64,000 bases of DNA from Phoronis australis. Taxonomy: Eukaryota; Animalia; Phoronida. Of this stretch, positions 14,901 to 26,497 are shown in pieces. Position 1 is the first letter of the stretch. Each line of letters opens with the position of its first letter. A program made the translations under genes and the position numbers. Location of the stretch: the NCBI GenBank assembly GCA_002633005.1, contig NMRA01000279.1:73233-137232 (forward strand), in the 5' to 3' direction. Below the pieces are notes generated by a model. That model ran no database searches, was not told where the DNA came from, and saw nothing but the letters and a program-made list of their open reading frames with translations.

Positions 14901-17900
14901 ATACTGTCTGATGTATCTTTGTTTAGGTGAAGTTTCATGCGATTTGCAAATTTCGTACAGATATCGCGCAATATCCAAAAAGCTTCGATATTCTGAGTAA
15001 TGTAAGGCACACTGAAAATGTTTTCCTAGACTGGACGTCTGCTGGAAGAAGAAAAACAAAAATGTCAGAAACTGCAGGAGCAGTTGTCCAGCTGTCAATC
15101 ATCTATGGAATCGACACAGCAACAGAATGACACCTTGATGAGTGACAATGTGGAGTTGAAAAAGAAACTCATCAAATTAATCAGGTTAGTCCCCAACCTG
15201 TCAATATATGGTGTTGTCCTGCAGAAAGGCTGAACAATTTTCATGCAGTTAAGTTTAACATTTAGCGTGTTGGGAGTAATTCTGACGTTCGGAATTTCCA
15301 GTTGGCTTGACGATCTGTTTTATGGACAATGACTTTTTATGGTCAGATGTTTATGGCTTATAGTTATTTCTCATTTATGCCGATGTTTCTTTTTGAATTC
15401 TTACAAATGCCCATCATTTGTGCCAGTGGCCACAGGCATCCTCAGCTTCTGATCGTCCCCAATACATTATATAATGTATGACACTCCGGACTAGAAATTC
15501 CACGGGTGCTTCACTTCAGCCATCCATAGCAAATACAAAACTCTATAAATTTACATAAAACAGGGGTTCAACAAACCATGAGGAATTGTTCTTTCTGCCA
15601 ATACCATTTACAGTGTCCTGCTCTACCGAGTTCGCAACAAATTCGCAGTTAAAGCACAAAAATCTCAAAAAATCGCTGCACACTATCAATATGCTTCACG
15701 CGGTCAAGGTCAAGTAGGGTACAGAATAATCCGATGAGTTACGAATCAACGGCAATTGCTGGTTCACCACGGAATGTTACGAAATGGTCTGGCTAAGTGG
15801 AGTTATTGATGTCGTGACATTCCGTGTCAAACCGGCAATTTCAGTGTAGCATATTGCTGGTGTGCAGCGACTTTTTGGGAAGGTTTTTGTGCTTTGACCG
15901 CGAATTTGTTGCGAACTCGGTGGATCTGGACACTGTAAATGGGATTGGCAGAAAGAACAATTACTCATGGTTTGTTGAACCTCTGTTTTTCGAAAATTTA
16001 TTGAGTTTTGTGTTTGTTATGGACTGCTGAAGTGAAGCACCCATGGAATTTATAGTCCGGAGTGTCATACCTTGTAGTATATTATATAGTGTATTGGGGA
16101 CGATCAGAAGCTGAGGACGCCTGTGCCAGTGGCCAAATGATTAACTTGTTGGGTTTGGCTGCACCACCAGGGGGCGTGAGTTCAATTCCCAACTCAACGC
16201 ATGCCGCAAAGTTTCTTCTACTTTCTTCTTGAAAATAATCCTTTGCTATTGAAATTAGTTGGGATTTTAATTAGCAGCATTTGGTCTTTAAGTCAAGAGG
16301 GGCATATTTCCATTTTCCTAGGCATTGTTATAATTATGTTAATTATATAACTTTATGTAATAAGATACCATCAGTACCAAAAATTAAATTATTAATACCA
16401 GACTCATAAAGCTAAGTAGTTTTAAAATGATACTGTTGATGATTACAGAATCTTATTATGTGGATTAAAGCGATGCCCAGATGTCTGCAATCACATGTCA
16501 GCATTATTTCTAAAAAATCGTTTTTTGACGGAGGTCAGTGAATTAACCATGAACACAATTTTTTCAAGACTTTCATTACCATCATAATCACAATAACTAT
16601 TGTTGTTATTATTATTAATATTATTATTATTATTATTATATTGTTATTTTTATTGTTGTTGTTTTTACTAGAGAGAAGGATAGTCTGTGGCAGAAGACAG
16701 ACAAACTGGAATATCAACAGAAGTTGAAGGCCTCAGAAAAGTGGATTGAGGACGGGGACGTCAGCAGATGTATGGGCTGCAAGGCAGAGTTCTCCTTCCT
16801 GTTGAGAAAGGTAGGTGTGTTGGGACGGTTAGTGGTGCACAGTTGATGGTTGTTTGAGAGGAAGGACTTGTAGGGGAGAGGTGTGTGGGTAAGGGTGTGT
16901 GGGCAAGGATGTGTGGGTAAGGGTGTGTGGGTAAGGGTGTGTGAGAGGAATAAGGAAAGAAATACACCCTCAGGTAAATATTCTTTTTTTGTGTTGTTTT
17001 TGCTCTTTTTTAATTGTTCTCCAAGACAGTTGTTTTTGTTGAATGAGTGTTGTACGGTAAAACCTAAAGTTATAGCAAATTGTTATTCAATCGAAATATT
17101 CATATTAATAACTGGCTGTACTTCGGTAGCAAGTTTTCGGAAATACAAAATTGATTGAATACATGACACTTTTCGTTGTTGACAGTCTTTATTTCATTTC
17201 GTTCGTATCTTCGGAATAAAACTCTGCTCTCAATGGAACATAGGTGAAGTAACTGATATAGTGACAGGTACACGATATTTCAAAACATGTTTCTTGTGTT
17301 CAATCAATTAATAACTGGTGAAAATTTCTACAAAGTTTTCGTTTCTTAAATTAACCATTATATTGTGCTAATATTTGTATTTGTGAGACCACTGAAAAAA
17401 ACTAATTTCAATTTTTAGTTATTTTTGTGTATTTAATCTAGAACTGTATGGTTTCAGCACCACTGTCGCCTGTGCGGGAAAATATATTGCAACAATTGTT
17501 CCAATAATTGGATTATGACTACTATGAGCAGGTGAGTAGATTGTCTTGTCAGTCATGAGTTGGTGGGCGGGGTTTCTGTCTATGATCTACAAGTAGGTGG
17601 GTTTATGCTGTACCAAAAAACCGCAGCATTACATCATCCCTGAGTGTACATAGATGTATAGTAGTGCCTTGTCAGTCATGAGTATGTGGGTGGGGTTTCT
17701 GTCTATGATCTACATGTAGGTGGGTTTTTGCTGTACCAAAAACCTCAGCATTACAGCATCTCTGAGTCGTACATAGAAGTATAGGTAGTGTCAGTTATTC
17801 CTTGGTGGGTGGGGCTTCAGTCTATGATTCAAATGGAGCTTGGATTATCAAGGACCTCAGTATTAGGACATGAAGTGCATGTAGGTATAGCAGTCCCTTG

Positions 17901-20900
17901 CGGGTAACGAAAAGTGGGTGGGGCTGGTAATGAAGAGTGGGTGGGGCTGGTAANAATGATGAGGTGGGTGGGGCTGATAATGATGAGGTGGGTGGGGCTG
18001 ATTGTAATGGATTTAACATCTGCCTGAAAGCATTTGTGACCAAGTGAGTGGATGATCCCCTATCGTCCCATGAAGGGGTTTGCATTCCTTTTTGTCAGTA
18101 TGGCTGATCTAACTACAATATATGTTTGTGGGATCTTTGAGCCAGTCAGTTGTCGCATTCAAACTTAACTTTGAACATTGTTCATTCTGTTCCACCAACT
18201 TCTCTCCTCCAATATCACACACAGTGCTCCATTAACTATAATCACACGTGAAAAGTGGCCAAGGTCAAATTTAATAACCAGGTGAGTGAGATATGATGAG
18301 GGGAGCTCAGGTTTCACCAGGTAACGACAAGTGTACCTGCCTGTCATCACAGATACCACAGCTATGCAGTATTTCTCTCTTCACCAGGGTTCCGTTGACA
18401 GTCAAATTTTTAGTAACATATGTTCAGATATATAAAGTTCAGGAATAAATTATTTTTGAGAAGCAATTGGTTGACTACTGGTGATTGGATGTTTAAAAAA
18501 TTCAAGAACTTGTGAATGAATTTCGTCAACAAATTACCAAATGTAGTTTGATTCATATTCTAATTATGTTATAAAAACTTACCATAATGTATTTGTGCAC
18601 TCTTCTTTTATTTCACAGGTGTTCATCAAACAACCTCGTCTGACTTTGTTATTTCTTATGTCTTGAATCTGTTTTTATCTGATTTTCAATAAGATGTAAG
18701 AGATATGGTCTGGAATTTCCTGGGAATTCTTTGCCACACTGACCAATTCTGTCTCATCACCTTCACGAGACCTTGGCATGTATTGGGGCACAACTGTCGC
18801 AAGAGTAACACAGAGTTATACCACGGGGCAGATCCAGGGTCTCGCGTTCTCCACTCCCCAGTCATGGCTTACGTTGGCACCTCCCCCTCCGCTGATGATA
18901 TTTTAATTGCAATAGTTCAATTTTGATTCATAATATTGCATTTCCTTAGTCTCAGCAGGTCGGGAAGTACGTTTTTTCATTAGTAAATTGTGGGAACCTG
19001 CTCTGGCAGAAATGGAAAAGATATGATTTATATTATCCAAATGCAGTTGGAAAATTTTGTTTATCTGGCTGTGACAAATGGTGGACATCTGGATGAGCCA
19101 GGTCATACTAATATTTTTGATTCCAGGTTTCCACATGGTCTTTGAACTTCCCGCCTGTCACTATAAAATTGCAGTGTTTTCACAAAAATATGTCTCTGTG
19201 ACTATTTCGAAACTTTTGTTTTATTCTCACGAATAAATGGTGCTTGTTAACGTATAATGTGACATTACTGCATTAGAGTATATGTAACAAATTCTTATTT
19301 AGCTCACATGAATTTTTTTCAGATCGTATTTGGACTCTTTGACAAAAGGGTGCGTTGTTGCTGCTTGTTATTTCTTCATGAACACTAGTTATATCTCATT
19401 CATTGCATTTATTTCCAGTAAGAAGATCCGTGCTTGTAACATGTGTTACATTCTTCACAAGGAAGAGCAGGAATCGACCAACACGCCACCTGGTGGAAGC
19501 CCGGAGGATGATGCTTCTGTACAAATTCCCCAAAAAATGAGCAGGAAATGGACAAATAACACACCCAGTCCTTGTAAGTAGCTTTGCGGCAATGTAAACA
19601 GTTGAGATATTAAATTAACTGGACAGATGTAAAATTTCATTTTTAGCATTCAGTTAGTAAGGTATGGCTGTATCTAAACAATGTATGCTACTTTCAGCTT
19701 TGGACTAATATTTTAGAAGTGAGAAGTGACATCTTGATGTTTGTGAAGAGAGATTAATTTGGCTAGACAGTTTGCTACAAGAAGCTTGCTGTATATTTTA
19801 TCCAATTGTTTATTTTGAAAGAAGTTTTTTCTCTGTATATAGCAAACAGCAGTGTAGAGAGACAGGCAGTGACATCTGGTGATGGTAGCCCTAACAATCC
19901 AAGCAGTGTCAGTTCTCAAGGGACACCACCTGTTGGTGGGAGTGGCCCAGAGAAGGACGCAACAGATGGAGGCGGAGAAACGCTTTATGATGACGATCAG
20001 TTTGAAGAGATTACTGAGGAGGAGATAGCACGATCGTTATCATCAGAGTCCAGCAAATGTGAATCTAGGTATTGTGCTGTTCAAATGTGAATCTAGGTAT
20101 TGGGCTGTTCAAATGTGAATCTAGGTATTGTGCTGTTCAAATGTGAATCGAGGTATTGTGCTGTTCAAATGTGAATCAAGGTATTTGTGCTGTTCAAATT
20201 TGAATCGAGATATTGTGCTGTTCAAATGTGGATTGAGGTATTGTGCTGTTCAAAACTATTTCACAATACGGCTCAAAGAAAGTAGAAAGAGATACTGAAC
20301 TGTAGAGTTCTTAGTATGTGCTTTCATGTCCACTTTACAATACCTACATCATCACAGGCGCGCACCTATCTTAAAAAGTGAGGGACTCGAATTTTTGAGA
20401 ATGTTGACCTTTTACTAGAAAAAAACGGGGTATGAATTGTGCATTCGCCAAGTTTTGGTTATTCCTGCCTTTTTAATGGACTTTTGTCTCATTTTCTACT
20501 TTTTTGGACATTTTGTTTCTCTGAAGTGGACCTTTTTGCTCAGTTCGCCAAATTGGGGGGCACGTTCAAGCTCCCCGAGCCCCTGCTCCCCGGGCGCAGG
20601 CATGCAACAATGGTGAACAGGTTACCACACTGGGAATTTCTGAAAACGCCAACCTCTCACACTAACTGAGAATGCATTGGTCTGTGCTCAGAAATCTTTT
20701 CACAATATGTTGTCCCCTGTACCTGATTCTAAGGGCACCGAATACATCTAAAATAATACCTCTACTTAGTTGATGTGTGGAAAAATTATATTTCCACGAT
20801 GAGGAACTGGCTCGGATTTATTTTCAAACATGTGAAATACTTTTAGCAAATGTATGTTTTTCTTTTCAGTCAGTTTTCAGGGTAAAAATAACATCTAGGC

Positions 20901-22877
20901 AGTTTTGCTCTGTAAAATAATTTCTGAAAATTACAAGTTCATGTTATGCACCCTGACTAAAAATTGATGGCATCACTTATCTTGTTGGAGTGTAACAGAA
21001 AAATTTTCACCATGCTATTTTAGTTTACATCATTTTTATTGGCTCCAACTTATTTACTTTCAGCCTCGTTCGAAGCCTGACAATGTCTGCTGAGGATGTG
21101 GAGCAAGGGAAGGCTGTGTCCAATGAGCAGACTGATCTCTGGGTGAGGGCGGGGTTTGCTCATGCTGTGCCGGTCGTGATTGACAAGCCGGGGATTGTTC
21201 TGTGCTGGGAGTTTAGGACAGAACCCAAGGTATGTAACTTGTTCCAGCTGAAACAGATCTACGGTAAAAATCCTTCAGTCTGGGACACGCTATGGCGTGC
21301 AGGTGAAGCTTCATTTTTTTCAAATATGTCGACAAAACAATTTTTCAGGAAAATTTACTTTGTTGTTTAGAGCATGGTTTATACGGCATAGCAAAAATTT
21401 GAAAAAATCTGAGCATTTGCAACAATAAAGCCTCAGTCTGAAAATAGAAATATGGCAATTTTAGCTATGATTTTTGTCCCAAATTGAAGAAGAACTTTTA
21501 CGGCTAATTATTGTGAATCAAAAATTTTTAAAACTTGCTGTTATTATTGATTTTTAAAAGCTGATTGTTGTCAAACCCAAATTTCTACTGATTTTTTTCA
21601 ATTTTATACTGATTAGTATATCAAACAAATTTTCATTAAAAAATAAAATGAGCTGAAAGCATCACATTCCGTGTCCTGTTTAGCTGGCTAATACTGCAAA
21701 TGGAATTAGTCCTTTTACTCTCGCAAAATCAGTCTTAAAATATGCCTACCTTTCAGTGATAGGATCTCATTTGCATTTACTAACTTCAAGTCACAGGCAA
21801 AACTTACATATGCCATTTTCAAATTTGCAATTTTAGGGTTATCCATCTCCAATAAAGTGTGAAGTGTTTCTCGAGTCGTTGATAGTTTCAATGTTCTTGT
21901 TGGTAACAAATAGAATCCTATCTAAATAAAGAAGTTTAGTAGGCTGATTTTATGAAATTAAAAGGCCTATATAGTATTAAAAGACAATTTTCGTTTTTCA
22001 CCTAGTTTAGTGGAGCATTTGAAGCATTTGTCTTTACTCACCTCCTTAAATCGAAAAATATACCTCCCCAAATAGACGATTTCAGGGCATTGGCAAAGAA
22101 AAAAGTGTTAGGATGACATTAAGTTTGACTGGAATGTTGTGCAATTCCTTGAGTGGACTGATACAGTACAATTGGTATCTTGAAAAGGAAGATTTTGAGA
22201 CAATTTTGTCTGATTTAAACCTGTTACAAGCCACATTTTGGTGTCAAAAATGATTTTTCTTCTCAGGCATATTAGAGCTTCTTTAGCAGCGTCGCCGTGT
22301 TCTTATCATCAAGATCTGCATCATAGCATTGTTACTCCGTTGACCTCTGTACAACTTCCCTTGATACGTTGCCTTGTAATTCAAAATTGTGGCTTTGCTA
22401 GGGCATCTCATTCAGTGTGACGTATAAGGCAAGTGAAAACACGGCTGAAGAGGACGCTCAAGTGCTTGTTCCTCTGTGTAAGTGTAACTCCCATCGTCAG
22501 GACGTGCAAGGCGAGTTAACCGCCAGACAGCCAGGAATGTACACGTTGATCTTCGACAACACACTTTCCAGGTGAGTAGGTCTTAGGTGAAGCCCGGATA
22601 ACTAAGTGTCAAAAAAGATAATAGTTTTTGATGAAAGATAGATTAGTAGAAAAAGATGCCTTTTGTATCTAAGATACAGACTTGAGAGGTTGTGATGTAT
22701 TGGCCGTGCCAGTCATGTGTAATGTTTTCAACCCTTAATATTTGGAGAAAATTTTAAGATAAGTATTTGTCGGGAGTAGAATTACTCTATGATTGTTGAT
22801 TGTGATTTGTATTTATATTTTCCAGGTTTACATCAAAGAAGCTGTTTTATAAACTTAATGTTCACACATCGTTATAA
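2926..22877 (+). CDS. FYCO1: FYVE and coiled-coil domain autophagy adaptor 1 (RUN - coiled coil - FYVE - LIR - GOLD); 5'-partial, ~1600 aa in window
   Basis: GT-AG exons with consistent phases: 2926-3038, 4577-4683, 5145-5288, 5701-5776, 6889-7022, 7712-7816, 8348-8565, 8864-9411, 9818-10282, 11668-11787, 12309-13751, 14198-14410, 15030-15184, 16672-16810, 17458-17531, 19419-19573, 19843-20068, 21064-21229, 22402-22571, 22826-22877 (TAA). RUN: [50 protein letters not shown]: WIED...CMGC...LRKHHCRLCG...CNNC...RACNMC. GOLD: [34 protein letters not shown]. All closely resemble remembered vertebrate FYCO1. The start-codon exon(s) were not found in the window. Confidence 0.93.
3138..3632. mobile_element. 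Degenerate MITE (CAGTGGTAGATCTAGG...CCTAAATCCACC) interrupted by a younger MITE
   Basis: Imperfect terminal inverted repeats at ~3138-3153 and ~3617-3632, with an internal G run. No clear TSD. Confidence 0.45.
3230..3598. mobile_element. PIF/Harbinger-like MITE, 3-bp TSD CAG
   Basis: TIRs TGCCCAGCTACATGAA / TTCACGCAACTGGGCA, flanked by CAG on both sides (3227-3229, 3599-3601). Same family as 59721-60127. Confidence 0.75.
10420..10518. repeat. Near-perfect 40-bp inverted repeat (hairpin) in a FYCO1 intron
   Basis: GAAGATCCCTTTTGGAACCAAAGAACTGTACCTTGATGTG pairs with CACATCAAGGTACGGTTCTTTGGTTCCAAAAGGGATCTTC with one G-U pair. Spacer 19 nt. Confidence 0.9.
10544..10741. mobile_element. Degenerate palindromic MITE-like element
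   Basis: Arm pairs AAAATCCTTTTGGC/GCCAAAAGAATTTT, TTATACCT/AGGTATAA, GCCATCCT/AGGATGGC and GATGACTG/CAGTCATC are nested symmetrically. Confidence 0.7.
11059..11189. repeat. Minisatellite, 26-bp unit, ~5 copies
   Basis: Unit GCAGTATCAGCTGTGTTCRTGTTCAT repeated in tandem. Confidence 0.9.
15431..16125. mobile_element. Foldback-type non-autonomous DNA transposon, ~270-bp TIRs, 8-bp TSD
   Basis: It begins CACAGGCATCCTCAGCTTCTGATCGTCCCCAATAC and ends GTATTGGGGACGATCAGAAGCTGAGGACGCCTGTG. The arms pair over ~15431-15699 and ~15843-16125. CCAGTGGC is duplicated at 15423-15430 and 16126-16133. Confidence 0.9.
16881..16943 (+). repeat. G-rich 14-bp tandem repeat (GTGTGTGGGTAAGG)
   Basis: About 4 copies, starting ~70 nt downstream of the exon donor at 16811. 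Confidence 0.8.
17546..17820. repeat. ~123-bp tandem duplication (2 copies plus a fragment)
   Basis: TTGTCAGTCATGAGT...GGGGTTTCTGTCTATGATCTACA...GCTGTACCAAAAA...GTACATAGA recurs at ~17546 and ~17670. Confidence 0.85.
17914..18000 (+). repeat. G-rich repeat GTGGGTGGGGCTG x4 (G-quadruplex-prone)
   Basis: Four copies at ~24-26 nt spacing. A single N lies at 17954. Confidence 0.8.
20054..20254 (+). repeat. 28-bp minisatellite (~7 copies) overlapping a FYCO1 exon/intron junction
   Basis: Unit CAAATGTGAATCTAGGTATTGTGCTGTT. The first copy contains the donor at 20068/20069. Confidence 0.92.
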
Positions 22878-23076
22878 TGGAACTTTTGTGGATCAGATGT
22901 CAAGCTTTTAATTAACATTGTGCAGAGTACAGTTGAGAAGGGTTGCTATGGAGATTTACTTTTCAAGCTTCTCTTGGGCCTAGCTGATTCTGCATGGTTT
23001 AAATATAAAGTACGAAAAGAAGTCAGACAGACAGAATGAAGTCTTGAATTCAGAGGTTGGGTCTCAGGCTTGGAGC

Positions 23077-23200
23077 GTAATGTGAAGACCTCTGTATTTG
23101 AAGACCTCTGTAATGTGAAGACCTCTGTAATGTGAAGACCTCTGTAATGTGAAGACCTCTGTAATGTGAAGACCAGTCTGTAATGTGAAGACCTCTGTAA
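23077..23200 (+). repeat. 17-bp minisatellite (7 copies) in the presumed FYCO1 3' UTR
   Basis: Unit GTAATGTGAAGACCTCT, starting 200 nt after the stop codon. Confidence 0.92.
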
Positions 23201-24820
23201 TATTTATAGTCATAATGATAGGTCCGTCCTTGTTCTGAGGTATTTACCCACAATGCAACACATGTCAAGCACTCATCCTGCTTCTTCACATGCAGATTTA
23301 CGGGTCACTATCCAATTCATTATTGTAATGCAGGTCAACTTGCATCATTGCATTTGGAGTTGCAATGCCGACACCAAGAAATTGGGGAAAAGGTGGCAAA
23401 TATCATTCTTGGATGTGCTTCGGATGTGCTTCCTTGTCAGCGAGTGCCTGACATTTTGTATAGTAGGTCAGTCGTGCAATGTATTTTTTTACTTTCACAA
23501 AAGCGGAGAGTTCAATCCGGGATGGACCTATTGATCTCAATCATGTCGTAATCGCTAGGTCTAATTAGAACATCATCTATAAGAAGGTCGAGGTGGCCTA
23601 GGAAGCTATTTTTATACCTATGCGTTGACACAAGAGGTATCTGCGGTGAAGTAATGTTTTACGAACTAAAATTTGCTTAAAATTGCTGAAGTTTCATGCT
23701 AGTTTCATAGTACTTTGTCATGGGAGAGCTTCTTGCATGTAGCTTCGTTACTCTTTCTAGTACCTTCTGGATTTTGGTCGAATAAGCTACCTCATTTCTG
23801 TTTTACAAGAATAATCCAAAGGTCATAAGGCTTTGTTCAATTCGCAGGAAACTCTCCAGATATTCTAGAGGGCTGTCACAGTAGACCGTTATTTAGAAAT
23901 GAAAGCAAATTTTTACCCAGTGACAACAGCTTTGACCAGCTACCAAGTCAGGCCGCGGACTGCACTTCTTGAAGGAAAATATATTTATTTATTGAAACAA
24001 ATGTTCCGACGCCCAGGGTAGCCTGTAGAATTCACGTTTTAATGCTATTGTATGTATGTTTTTGGCATATTTATGTGGTTATTCGGGTTGTGCAAATGTG
24101 ACACCTTTTGATGCCAGTCACTCTTTGAGAGGTAGCGCCATAGTGTATTCACTATGTAAATGTCATTTGGAACTTGGTATATTTTAATTTTGGCACCATC
24201 TCCAGTTACGCCAATATTGCAAAGTAGCGAGCCATTTTGCTTGTAATTTTAACCAGTTGTAATCATTTCCTTTTATGGCACTAATGTTATGCAATTACTT
24301 GGTGTTTTTCTTCAAAAGTTTGTTTTCTGATACGAATGTCAGCCATCATCATGTTAACACAAAATTGCTGTCTGTATTGTCTCCTCATTTTATGAGTCAG
24401 ACATGTGTAATCATTACTGTACAGGCAGGAAGAAAGCTGACTGAGATGCCATCTAGTGCCTTGATTATGTATCATATCCACATATTATCACATTTGGTAA
24501 TTGTGTCCTCTGATTGGCTAAAGTGCAGTACAACTTTTGCTTTGAGATTATGTTGCCTGCGAGAGCACTATACTTTTCAGTGAAGCTACCCAGGTTACAG
24601 ATGTCGTTATCTGTGAATAAACTGACCAAGCTGCACATACCATAAACTATTGACTATGAACAAAACAACGGTAGTACTTGAATCCAAGAAATCAGAGGAA
24701 AGATGCATCTGTGGTCTTACTTATAATAGTTCAAATTAGGACCGGTCATTCATTTACATCAGGTCAACATATGTACCTCGGAAAATAACATTACCTTCAG
24801 CTTCTCTCAGTTTATATATA

Positions 24821-25098
24821 CAGTAAATGTTCTCCAATTTAGGACGGTGAAAAATTGGTTAAACGTCGGAGCTTGTCCCAAATTCTTGAAATAGGCAATA
24901 TTCACCGTCCCAAATTCAAGAATCACCGGAAAGATGTCAAAATTACCCACACTGCAGATTAAATACGTCCGAAATTTGAGAAATATGATATGCCAAAATT
25001 GCCTTCGACTCAAACTTCAGAATCAAGAAAGTTCAATTTTTCAATACATTTCCGTGTCCCAAATTCTAGAGACTTCCCTAATTGGAGAATTTTTACTG
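24821..25098. mobile_element. Tc1/mariner-type MITE, TA TSD
   Basis: TA|CAGTAAATGTTCTCCAATTTAGG ... CCTAATTGGAGAATTTTTACTG|TA. Confidence 0.8.
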
Positions 25099-25677
25099 TA
25101 ACCTATTGCCCTTCGGATCAGACCATATTTGTTTCATGTATTTTTCTGCTTTACTTGCCCGTTGTCAAGCAGGTAGTGAGAGAGAAGACTATTTTATTAA
25201 CATCAATTGCTTTTATAGCGTTCTTTTGTAAATATGTTCCATTGGTGATGGGAAATATATATATTTTTCAGGATATTTACTTTGTATTGTGGATGGAAGC
25301 ATAATATATATCTTGATCACTACTCAAGTTTTGATGTCTGATTTGGAACAATATTTATGAATTGGAGCAAACAAGTCCTCAATTTTGGACGTTTTTTTCA
25401 TTTCTGCACTCTGAAACTTGTAGGAAAGATAATTCTACACTTAGTCCCGAATCTGTAATTTTAAGACACTATTTATTATGTTTCTATAGCGTTCTAAACA
25501 TTCCATTTGTAAGCATTTGCTCAGAGTCCTCATAAAAGGTCTGCACACTTTGATGTGAGCCATTAGCTCAACTATCGCTCATTTGAGGCAGCCAGCTCAG
25601 TTCGTGGCTCCCTGTCTACACGAATCCCAAAGGCAACTACGATAAAGTCTATCGATTTGAATTCATAAATACAGAAT

Positions 25678-25683
25678 TTTATT
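25678..25683 (-). terminator. Probable polyadenylation signal of EIF4B
   Basis: AATAAA on the minus strand ~815 nt past the stop codon, near the point where plus-strand composition switches from T-rich to A-rich. Confidence 0.5.
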
Positions 25684-26497
25684 AAAACATTGTAACAATT
25701 GTACAAGTACAAGTTATGAAAATATTACATTTATGCAAGCAGTTCTGTGACACGAGCTTCAGAACACATCACATGGGCTTTTATGACAAGCCAGTCCACT
25801 CCTTGCATGTTTCATCAATATTTATCACTAAGATGGCATTTAGAATTGTGTATTTACATTCCATTGAAAACTTCACACCCACAATCAGTAAAAGCAGTAA
25901 ATGACCGTTGTAGAATAGTTAAAACCGAAAGTCGGGGAGAGTCGGTATTTTGCAACTACCCGAGAAAATGGTAAAAGGTCCCAACACAACAAATAAATTA
26001 TTCAACATATTTATAACATGTATTCATACTTGCAAACAAATGACAGTGGCTAAATTGTTTTGCATAATTTACTATGAACACCTGCTGCGTGTGACGAGAC
26101 ACAGCACCAAACCCAGAGCAGCCATATTCTTCAATACTACAAGTCAATACATGCAACATACATAGCAATGAACATACATGACAATGTACCAAACTCCGTA
26201 GGTGCTATGTACAAACAGTGACCTAACCAAAATTAATGTCATGAAACGTTATAAGAATCTTGCAGTGAAAAATCATGTCTAAACAATTGGCTCTGTACAG
26301 TAGCCACAATAAATATTACGAGTCCGAAAAGACCACTTCCTCCAACATCATTGTACTTTTCCCCAATTATTGGATCCTGCATTTCCAAATTCTGCTCAGG
26401 AAATCGATAACTTTCACGTATAAATGACCACTATTACATCAACATCAGAATAGTCTCAAAGTTGCCGCCAGTCAAGTCAACCATTGATCCAGTAATC

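Noticed and set aside
14927-15001. Possible extra in-frame FYCO1 exon (AG|GTGAAG...AAT|GTAAGG)
   Set aside because: It would leave only a 28-nt intron before the exon at 15030, and the peptide does not fit the coiled coil.
15431-16125. CACAG terminus suggesting a RAG/Transib RSS-like transposon
   Set aside because: The TSD is 8 bp rather than 5 bp, the heptamer match is partial, and no nonamer is evident.
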